The translations under genes and the position numbers were made by a program. The notes beneath the pieces were generated by a model. It worked only from the letters and a program-made list of their open reading frames with translations, was not told where the DNA came from and did not search any database. A DNA stretch of 64,000 nucleotides from an uncultured Fluviicola sp. (lineage in GTDB: Bacteria > Bacteroidota > Bacteroidia > Flavobacteriales_D > Crocinitomicaceae): assembly GCA_965650365.1 (NCBI GenBank), contig CBFGOJ010000016.1, forward strand, positions 12,710 to 76,709, read 5' to 3'. Positions 1-8,500 of the stretch are shown here, in pieces; within the stretch, counting starts at the first letter, position 1, and each line of letters begins with the position of its first letter.

Positions 1-774
1 ATCATTCGAACAGATGTGAAATTTGAAAAAGTTTCCAGCCGGCTTTACCTGGATATGTTCAAAATAAAGGAACAGAATAGTATGCTGAGCGGGAAATTGA
101 ATGAATATGAGCTTCACACAAAATCGAATAGAGAAAAACAAGAAGAGTTGGAAATATACAATGAGCAATTAAAGGCCTTTTTACCCCGGGTAGATTCCTT
201 GATAACTGTTTATGAAAAACTCATTGTACAATTAAATTCACAGGAACAAATTCTGAAGAATAAATTGGGCGAATTGGAAGAAAATTACCGTTTAAAAGGT
301 CCAAAAGGGTTTCCGGAAGGTTATAGAAAGGTTTTTCCAAACATTCATCCCTTACCAGGCGATGTAGAAGTTGCCGTAACAAGAGATACAGATGAAGGAC
401 CATTCGCTTCTGAAATTGTGCCAAAGGTGGTTGAAGTTCCGGAACAAAACCCGGAGGTTTACAAAGTGGTTGATGAGCCCGCTGAATTTCCGGGAGGAAT
501 GTCCGCGTTAAAAAATTACCTGGACACTCACCTAAATTATCCGCCGGTTGCGAAGCAAATGGGAATATCCGGGAAAGTTTACCTGCAATTTGTAGTTTCT
601 GATAAAGGAGTTATTTCAGACATTAAAATAAAGAAAGGAGTTACAGATTGCCCGGAGTGCGATATGGAAGCGAAACGATTAGTGAGAACAATGCCCAACT
701 GGATTCCCGGTAAGATGAGTGGAAAACCAGTGAATTCATATTTTATTTTGCCCATTATATTTAAACTGAATTAG
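1..774 (+). CDS. TonB C-terminal domain protein with coiled-coil N-terminus (probably 5'-truncated by the window)
   Basis: Frame is open from base 1. The C-terminus AEFPGGMSALKNYL...YPPVAKQMGISGKVYLQFVVSDKG...WIPGKMSGKPVNSYFILPIIF is the Bacteroidota TonB_C signature. Confidence 0.85.
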   Translation: MIRTDVKFEKVSSRLYLDMFKIKEQNSMLSGKLNEYELHTKSNREKQEELEIYNEQLKAFLPRVDSLITVYEKLIVQLNSQEQILKNKLGELEENYRLKGPKGFPEGYRKVFPNIHPLPGDVEVAVTRDTDEGPFASEIVPKVVEVPEQNPEVYKVVDEPAEFPGGMSALKNYLDTHLNYPPVAKQMGISGKVYLQFVVSDKGVISDIKIKKGVTDCPECDMEAKRLVRTMPNWIPGKMSGKPVNSYFILPIIFKLN

Positions 775-1908
775 ATGCGAATAGTTTTGGTCCTTTTATT
801 TCTGACGGCAAATTCACTGGTTTTCGGGCAGTCGGACAAAAAAATCATTAAACAGCTTAGCGCACAGTTATTACTGGAACAGCAAAAGCAGGATTCGGCT
901 TACGCAATTTTCCAGAAAGCCAAAAAAGAATACGATTCAATTAGGAGGCTGCTCACCGAAAAGACACTTCGTTTATCCGTGGAATACGGACTTGCTGAAA
1001 GTTCCGGGGAGCTTTTTTTTAAGAGATGTGCTCAATTGAAGGATTTGGGCCTGGATGCGGATGCAGTTGCAGCTCCTTTGACGAAGACCGATGGCCTTCC
1101 GGATTTCAGGCAAGTGTTAGCTCCAATCGACAAGTTTTCCATGAAGGCAGAAGAATTCGATAAAGTGGCTAATTCCTTTTTTCACGATAAGGATACTAAA
1201 CGGAAGGAATTAATTGCAATTGTCCGCAAGAAACTCATCGAATACCAGGATAATGAAAGATCCAACGAAGTGCGCCTGATAACTATGGAAAGAAAAGGTG
1301 AGCAACTGACTTCTTTTCTGTACGTAATCGATTCTTTGCAGCAGGCTTACAAGTTGGTGAATAATGAATTGGAGTCAAAAAACGCGAAATTAAGAGACAA
1401 ATTACATGAACTCCGGATCAATTATAAGGAAAAAGGTCCGAAAGGATTTCCTGAAGCATATCAAAAAGTATTCTACGATGCATTTCCACGATCAGTTTCA
1501 GAAACCAGTGAAGAAGCAATAAAAAATATTCATTCCGAAGGCATGAAATTGGATGAAGTTGTTGCTGAACCTGTTCTGCCTGAACCGGAAATTTATGAGC
1601 AGGTAGATGAAGTGGCTCTTTTTCCCGGAGGGCCTGAAGCCCGGAAGGAGTTTGTTTCCAAGAACCTGCGTTATCCGGATAAGTATAAAGAAATTGCAGT
1701 AGAAGGAAAAGTGGTCTTGAAATTCATTGTCTCTGAAAAAGGGGAGATTTCTGATATCAAGGTGCGAGTAAATTTCCCGGGTTGTAAAGAATGCGATGAT
1801 GAAGTAGTACGAATCGCCCAATTAATGCCACACTGGATTCCTGCCCGTTTGAACGGAAAGGCTGTGAAGTCTTATGCCCACTTGATCGTACGATTTGAAC
1901 TGGATTAA
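775..1908 (+). CDS. TonB C-terminal domain protein with signal peptide and long helical/coiled-coil region
   Basis: Signal peptide MRIVLVLLFLTANSLVFGQ. C-terminal FPGG...LRYP...EGKVVLKFIVSEKG...WIPARLNGKAVKS. Paralog of the upstream gene. Confidence 0.85.
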   Translation: MRIVLVLLFLTANSLVFGQSDKKIIKQLSAQLLLEQQKQDSAYAIFQKAKKEYDSIRRLLTEKTLRLSVEYGLAESSGELFFKRCAQLKDLGLDADAVAAPLTKTDGLPDFRQVLAPIDKFSMKAEEFDKVANSFFHDKDTKRKELIAIVRKKLIEYQDNERSNEVRLITMERKGEQLTSFLYVIDSLQQAYKLVNNELESKNAKLRDKLHELRINYKEKGPKGFPEAYQKVFYDAFPRSVSETSEEAIKNIHSEGMKLDEVVAEPVLPEPEIYEQVDEVALFPGGPEARKEFVSKNLRYPDKYKEIAVEGKVVLKFIVSEKGEISDIKVRVNFPGCKECDDEVVRIAQLMPHWIPARLNGKAVKSYAHLIVRFELD

Positions 1909-1916
1909 AATCAGCT

Positions 1917-2332
1917 ATGAAAATTACATTATTACTTCTGTTGCTTGGGTTCTCTTCAGTGGCTTTTACGTAATCAACACGAAAGCAGAATAAAGAACTG
2001 AAGAAGGAGTTTGAAATACGTAACCTGCAATCGCAGCTGAAATCAGAAGCTTATCAAAAAGAAAAAAAGGAACTGGATTCCATTCGGGGAGAAGCGATGC
2101 AGCGAAACTATTTAGCAATCCAGGCAGAACTTCCTGCAAAAGAATTGTTTTTGAAAATCGATCCGTTGATCAAAGATTTGAAATTGCTGATGGAGAAGCG
2201 GTGAATTCCTGGTACAACTTGCCGATTTACATTCATTTGGACTAACAAATACCACATTGGAAACCCGCAATGAATGATGGTAGAGCGGTAAAAACAGTTT
2301 TTACGATGCCGTTTGAAATTAAATTGAATTAA
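1917..2332 (+). pseudogene. Decayed third TonB-family paralog
   Basis: MKITLLLLLLGFSSVAFT, then TAA at 1971-1973 (likely CAA/Gln). The frame continues STRKQ...QKEKKELDSIR...ELFLK, similar to 775..1908, to TGA at 2202. A second frame gives IPHWKPAMNDGRAVKTVFTMPFEIKLN*, the TonB_C tail. The middle is deleted. Confidence 0.8.
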
Positions 2333-2393
2333 ATCACTTCAATATTTCTTTTTTTAAATCCTGTTTTTTCTTAAATTAAATAAGAAAGCACAA

Positions 2394-2927
2394 ATGGGGG
2401 TGAAACATATAAATGGTTCTGTAAGAGCGAAATGGTGGGATTATTCTGATACTGGGACTTACTTCCTTACAATTTGTACGAAAGACAAAATTCCTTATTT
2501 CGGTAAGGTTCAGAATGGTAAAGTTCAGTTAACCAAAATTGGTGAAATTCTTTCTGAAGAATGGTTGAAAACGGCAGGATTAAGGCCGAAGATGAAAGTA
2601 GAGCTGCATGAATTTGTTATAATGCCTGATCATTTTCATGCGTTGATCACGATAGGGGTAAACCAGTTCAATGGGAAAGATTCCTTTGTAAATGAATCCG
2701 GGAGTTTTAAAAACAATGAATTCAAACCACAATCAAATAATTTGGGATCAATTGTCCGAGGATTTAAATCGGCAGTTACGACAAGGTGTAAAAAGGCTGA
2801 TTTACCTTTTTGTTGGCAGCCCCGTTATTATGATGTGATCATCAAATCACCGGAACAATTTGCAAATGTTCAACGATATATTTTGGATAATCCTCGTAGG
2901 CACGCGATGCGTCGCGTGCCTACATAA
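2394..2927 (+). mobile_element. REP-associated tyrosine transposase (RAYT; Y1/IS200-fold HUH nuclease)
   Basis: Motifs YFLTICT, IMPDHFH (HUH), WQPRYYD and YILDNP (catalytic Tyr region). A GTAG hairpin overlaps its 3' end. Confidence 0.88.
2896..2923. repeat. GTAG-type REP hairpin, copy 1
   Basis: GTAGGCACGCGA-TGCG-TCGCGTGCCTAC, perfect 12-bp stem, inside the last codons of the RAYT gene. Confidence 0.9.
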
Positions 2928-2947
2928 ATCGATCAATCAAAATACAT

Positions 2948-3709
2948 TTACCGCAGCAAAAATTCCAAAACCGCATTCATAAATTCCTCCGGTTTTTCCG
3001 CATGTACCCAATGTCCGGCGTCTTCAATCGTTATAAATGAAGAATCCGGGAATTGATTTTCAATGTCGGAAATATCTGCATCAACGATGTAATTTGAAAG
3101 CCCGCCGCGAATGAACAGGGTTTGCACCATGACTTCCTGTTCCGGTATTGCTTTCAGTATATTGGGCATTTCTCTTTCCAATACTTCTACGTTCATGCGC
3201 CAGGCCAATTTCCCTTTTTCAATCCAATACAGGTTTTTCATCAGGAAAAGACGGGTTCCGTTTTCGGGCACAAAAGGAAGTAGAATTTCTTCTGCAGCCG
3301 AACGGGAATCCATTGCAGTGGCATTTAAAGCGGTAATTCCGGCTAAAATTTGCTGGTGATGCGGCGGATAACCCCGGATTCCCATGTCAACAACGATCAT
3401 TTTCTCAATCGTGTCGGGATAAAGCTGCGCATAACGCATGACGGTTTTTCCACCCATGGAATGACCCAATAGATTGACTTTTTCCAATCCAAGGTCTGTG
3501 ATCAGTTCATGAAGATCTGCTGCAAGTAAGTCGTAATCGAATTCGTTGCTCCAGTCTGTGTGACCGTGATTTCGTTGGTCGACCAGAATAACCTGGAAAT
3601 ATTCCGATAAGCGTTTGGCGTGGGTCTGCCAATTGTCTGAAGAACCAAAAAGTCCGTGAAGGATGATCAATGGTTTTCCTTCCCCGATAATGCGATGCTG
3701 CAATTTCAT
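2948..3709 (-). CDS. Alpha/beta fold hydrolase (YbfF-like esterase)
   Basis: HGLFGSSDNW, GHSMGG nucleophile elbow, AGHWVHAE. Confidence 0.9.
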   Translation of the reverse strand: MKLQHRIIGEGKPLIILHGLFGSSDNWQTHAKRLSEYFQVILVDQRNHGHTDWSNEFDYDLLAADLHELITDLGLEKVNLLGHSMGGKTVMRYAQLYPDTIEKMIVVDMGIRGYPPHHQQILAGITALNATAMDSRSAAEEILLPFVPENGTRLFLMKNLYWIEKGKLAWRMNVEVLEREMPNILKAIPEQEVMVQTLFIRGGLSNYIVDADISDIENQFPDSSFITIEDAGHWVHAEKPEEFMNAVLEFLLR

Positions 3710-3737
3710 GCTGCAAAACTACAAATCCGCTTTGTTT

Positions 3738-4262
3738 TTAATCGAGCAAATGCGAAAAAAAACGGAAGATATTCGGCATTTCCCAATTTGTTTCGGAAAC
3801 TTCTACGTCAATGCCGGTAGTTTTTGTTTCTGTTACCGTTGTTGTTTTCGTGGTTGAAGGACTGCTTGATTTGGTATCTCCTTCAATATCCGTAGAACTC
3901 GATTTCCCGGTAGTGAATTGTTTGTCATTCAATGTTTCAATGATCGAAGCAATTTTGTCAGCAGAAATTTTTGATTTGTCAAAAGTGATGTAAGCAGTGT
4001 TAGTCTTTCTTCCGTCTTCAAAATCGTAAGAAACCCGATCAACTGCACCTGTTTCTTTCAATGCCATTCGGATTGAACCACCACAAGCGTGTTCACAACT
4101 CATTCCTGAAACCTCGATTGCCAGTTTACGATCTGCGTGAACCGGGTCTAATTTTTTAATGACTACTTTCTTTTCAACAGAGATAATTTTCTTTTCCGGA
4201 GTGGAAGAACAGGAACCCAGTACCAACACGGTTGCAAGTCCTAAAAAAATCGAGTGTTTCAT
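3738..4262 (-). CDS. Heavy-metal-associated (HMA) domain lipoprotein
   Basis: Lipoprotein signal MKHSIFLGLATVLVLGSC, GMSCEHAC metal motif, Thr-rich tail. Start moved to ATG at 4262. Confidence 0.75.
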   Translation of the reverse strand: MKHSIFLGLATVLVLGSCSSTPEKKIISVEKKVVIKKLDPVHADRKLAIEVSGMSCEHACGGSIRMALKETGAVDRVSYDFEDGRKTNTAYITFDKSKISADKIASIIETLNDKQFTTGKSSSTDIEGDTKSSSPSTTKTTTVTETKTTGIDVEVSETNWEMPNIFRFFSHLLD

Positions 4263-4371
4263 GGTTTGAATGTATGTGTGGGCGTAAAAGTAAGCCAAAA
4301 CGAAAGACCTGTTTCACTAATTTTTGTTAAAATGAATCTTCGGCATCTGAAGTTTAACAGTTGTACTAGCG

Positions 4372-4454
4372 GGAAATATGAAGAGCTCACCGCAGGTGGA
4401 GATCTGGAATCGTACAAATCTGGGTCAGCTGCGCCATCTGCGGGAGATATTTCC
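4372..4454. repeat. Long imperfect inverted-repeat element between divergent genes
   Basis: GGAAATAT..CTC.CCGCAGGTGG pairs with CCATCTGCGG.GAG.ATATTTCC. Inner AGATCTG/CAAATCT stem. Confidence 0.55.
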
Positions 4455-4467
4455 GTAATTTTGTGTT

Positions 4468-4983
4468 ATGTCTGAAATAGTAAATAAAGTAGCACAAAGC
4501 GGACTGATTGCAGTTGATTTGGCTGAGTACTGTCCGAAAAACGGGGACTTTGCAGGTTTTGATTTTGAACCTTCTTTGTGGCAGGGACTGGTTTTGAAGG
4601 AAAAAGACTTTCGCGATTACGTGAAGAACTTTGACTGGAACCAATTTCAGAATAAGCACGTTTATTTATACTGTTCGGCGGAAGCGATTCTGCCTTCCTG
4701 GGCTTTCATGCTGGTAAGTTCAAAATTAGTTGGTATTGCGCACTCGGTTACCATCGGGACTTTGGCCCATGCCCGACAAAAAGCCTTGGAATTACAAATT
4801 GATCAATTGGATGTGTCTCAATTCAATGACGGAAAACTGATAGTGAAAGGATGTTCTGATATTCCAAATCCGGAAGCGGCGATGTCGCAGTTTTTGGTGA
4901 AGGTGCAGCCTGTTTGTTCCAGCATTATGTATGGTGAACCGTGTTCTACTGTTCCCATTTACAAGAAGCCTAAACAGAAATAG
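4468..4983 (+). CDS. DUF2480 family protein
   Basis: EIVNKVAQSGLI..., VLKEKDFR, AILPSWAFML and YGEPCSTVPIYK are family-typical motifs. Confidence 0.85.
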   Translation: MSEIVNKVAQSGLIAVDLAEYCPKNGDFAGFDFEPSLWQGLVLKEKDFRDYVKNFDWNQFQNKHVYLYCSAEAILPSWAFMLVSSKLVGIAHSVTIGTLAHARQKALELQIDQLDVSQFNDGKLIVKGCSDIPNPEAAMSQFLVKVQPVCSSIMYGEPCSTVPIYKKPKQK

Positions 4984-5581
4984 CCTCCGACCGAAATCCC
5001 ATTTCCCGGATTTGTTCGAATAATTGCGGCAAAAGTTCTTTTTGTCGTTCGGTGATCTTTGGATTGTCATGCAGTACCAGGATTTCTCCTTGTTTAATTC
5101 TTTTTGCTTCTGAAAGAATCCGTTTACTGCTGACACTCAAGTCGTAGTCGTATGACAACCACGACCACATAATAATTTGATGCGTTCGCCCGATCTCTTT
5201 GGCAATGCTTGGTTTGATCCTGCCATACGGCGGCCGGAACAATTTCGTCGGATAGCTTTTTTCGAATTCCCGAAAAGATTCTAAATAAACTTCGTTTTCC
5301 GTTTTCACGGAATTCAGATGTCTCATGGTGTGATTTCCAATTGCATGACCTTCGGCTGTGATTCGTTGAAAAAGTTCCGGGTATTTGAGCATGTTCTGGC
5401 CCACACAAAAGAAAGTTGCTTTCCAATGGTATTCCTTCAGCAGATCCAGTGCGAAAGGAGTGATTTCGGGATTCGGCCCGTCATCAAATGTGATAAAGAC
5501 AACCGGCTCGGAAATGGAAAACCTCCACCTTAACCTTGGAAAAACCCAATTCGTTAAGTGTGGAGGTTTAAATAATTTCAT
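4970..5581 (-). CDS. Polysaccharide deacetylase (CE4/NodB)
   Basis: ITFDDGP, IGNHTMRH, FRPPYG, LVLHD motifs. Confidence 0.92.
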   Translation of the reverse strand: MKLFKPPHLTNWVFPRLRWRFSISEPVVFITFDDGPNPEITPFALDLLKEYHWKATFFCVGQNMLKYPELFQRITAEGHAIGNHTMRHLNSVKTENEVYLESFREFEKSYPTKLFRPPYGRIKPSIAKEIGRTHQIIMWSWLSYDYDLSVSSKRILSEAKRIKQGEILVLHDNPKITERQKELLPQLFEQIREMGFRSEAISV

Positions 5582-5592
5582 TTAAAATTTAG

Positions 5593-8500
5593 TTATCCGA
5601 CAATCGGTTCACTATCTGATTCAGCACCTTTCGGCAATGTTTCGGGCAGAATTGCATCGCTAGGCATTCCTGTTGGAGCCGGCTGTGGAGCCATTGGAAC
5701 TTGTGTTCCTGTCAGTTCAAAAGTAAAGTCAATAGCATTCATCGTTCCTTGTAAACGTGATTTTGACGCAGCAATATTTCCACTGGTTGGGCTTTCGCCG
5801 TTTGCCAGGGAAATTTGTTCTAACTCGCTGTAAATGCGTTTCAGGTCTACATTGTAAAGTTCACTCAAACCTTTTGTGGTTCGGTTTACCAATGCACCGT
5901 TTTCACCTGCAATTCGCGGATCTCCTGCAAATTTGTGAATGGTTGCATAGTTGATCACTGCAGCAATATAATCTGATTCGTTAGAAGCAGCAAAATTTGC
6001 CGGGCTGTTTTTAAAGTAACCCAGGATACTTTCCAACTGACGAGCTACTTCAGCTCCTAATTTTTCAGCACCAGCTTTGTCACCGGCCCTGTAAAGAAGC
6101 CCTACATAATCCTGTAGAACCCCATCCTGGTATTGCTGGTAATCCAAACCATTTGCATCCTTAATTGGTCCTGCCGAAGAAGGTTTTTCACCGTAATCCA
6201 ATACAATATTTGCCGGCATTACTTCCAGTGATTTGTGAATCACCTGGGCCGCTTTTTTACGCAGCTGCTGCACAGTCAGTCCCATGGAACCTTTGAACGT
6301 GTTTTCCAATGAATCTGCAACTCTTGCCTGCCCGGAAGCACGCAGGTTTTTCAGCATCGGACCGTATTGTTCTTTGCTCATTTCCATTTGCTCAGCTTCA
6401 AGCACATAATGCTCAGCCAACTGCGCAAACATCGTTCTGAACTGAACCGTTTGTCTTCTTGCATAGTAATCAGTCAATACATCCGGATCATTCATTTTAC
6501 CAAAATGGTAAGTTTCCATGATGTGTTTGTACATCAATTTTTCATTGATCGGAGTCTTACCCTGAGCAAGGATTGGAGTAATTTCCCAAGCCATACCATT
6601 GGTGCGTAAATGTCCGCTTTGATACATTGCCGTAGAAACTTCCGTGTTTCCGGGAGAAGTAAAATACATCGGACGTTTCCAGTCGTTGTGAGCCAACATG
6701 TCCAGGATCATAATGTCTGATTTGGTGATTGCCTGAACCGAATTAGAATTGAAACGGAAACGAATTTCATCTTCGCAGTTTGCCACTTCTTCTTTGGAGA
6801 TAATTCCTGATGCCAAAGCATTTTTCTTATTCACCGGAAGGATAAAACCGGTACTCGGAATAACTCTTAAAGAAGCTGTTCCGTATTTGATCATGTTTTT
6901 ATCATCCTGCATGAATGTGATTACATCTTTCAAAGGAAGGAATGACCATCCATCTTCCCAGGATGTAGCAATTTGCTGCAATGTTTCTAAACCTTTGACA
7001 TCAGCCTCAAGGATTCCGTTGCTGTATCCGTCAAAAATCTCTCTGATTCCATTGTCCATGTTTTCCAATAATGCAAAATCCGCAGAATCAGCGCTTGCAT
7101 TGTTGAATATTTGGCGAATTTCATTGATTCTCGGATCAAATGACACATCCTTAGCTTTAACCGTAGAAAGCACAGAAGAAGCCGTGTTTTTGAAGTTTCC
7201 GAATGCTTGTTTAAACTCTCTCGGGCTGTATTTCAATTTCATTCGGAACAACTTTTCCAGTGTTTCGCGATCAATTCCCTGTGCCAGCATTTGTGAGGAT
7301 GACATGAAGAATGCCTGATCCGTTCCACCTGCCCACTGAAGAATTTGATCTTCCCGGAACGTAATAGGAAGTGGTTCTGAATCGTACATTTTCATTTTCA
7401 TCTGGTTGGTATACCAATCCGTATCAAATAAGCTGGTATTACAAACACGAACGTCCGTACTCACACCTTCTACTTCCTGCAGGTACCAAAGCGGGAATGT
7501 ATCGTTATCTCCTACTGAGAAGATAATTCCGTTTTTAGCACAGGATTTTAAGTAGTTGTAAGCCAAATCGTGCGCAGATGATTTATTGGAACGATCGTGA
7601 TCATCCCAACCTTGTTCACCCATAATATAAGGAACGAAGAGCAGAAGAATGGTAAATATGCTCGCTGCCATCGCATTATTCGGTAAGACTTTTCGCAATC
7701 CGAAGGCTATTCCGAGTAAGGCAAGAGCAATCAATGCAATGATTAACCAGGCTCCGAAGATGAAAAATCCGCCGGCTGCAGCGAAAATTAAGATCAATCC
7801 GCTCAATGAACCAAATCCGATCATTATTTTCCCCCAATCTTCTTTGGTGAAGTTTTTATAAGCATCATATAGGGCTAAAACGCTGAGGCCTATCCAGAAC
7901 GCAAAAGCGTAGAATGAGGCGGCATATGCGTAATCACGCTCACGAGGCTCATACGGTTTTTGGTTCAGGTAAATAACGATCGCAAACCCTGTAAAGATAA
8001 ATGTTAAGAATACGATAAAGGCATCTTTCGGTGCCCGGTAGAAATGGAAAATAATTCCGATTACTCCCAAAACGAGCGGAAGCATCCAGAAATTATTGTG
8101 TGCAGGATTTTCTAATGTGTAATAAGGAGCATGTTCCTGGTTACCCAAACGGGCATCGTCAATAACAGAGAAACCTGAAATCCAGTTTCCACGCATTTGA
8201 TCACCGTGTCCCTGGAAGTCGTTCTGACGACCGGAGAAATTCCACATGAAATAACGCCAGTACATCCAGTTCATTTGATAGCTGAACATGTATTCCATGT
8301 TTTCACCAAAACGCGGAAGTCTCAATCCGTCAGTACCAATTTCATCGGATTCTGTTGCATCGGTAGCATCATAGCCTGACCAATTTTTGTAGGCAACAAT
8401 TTTCGGATCATTCGGATTGTTGGAAGTGTAATACATACGAGGCAGGAAGGTCGTTTGACTTGGTTCATAAACCTGTTTACTGCCTATTCTTACACTTTCA

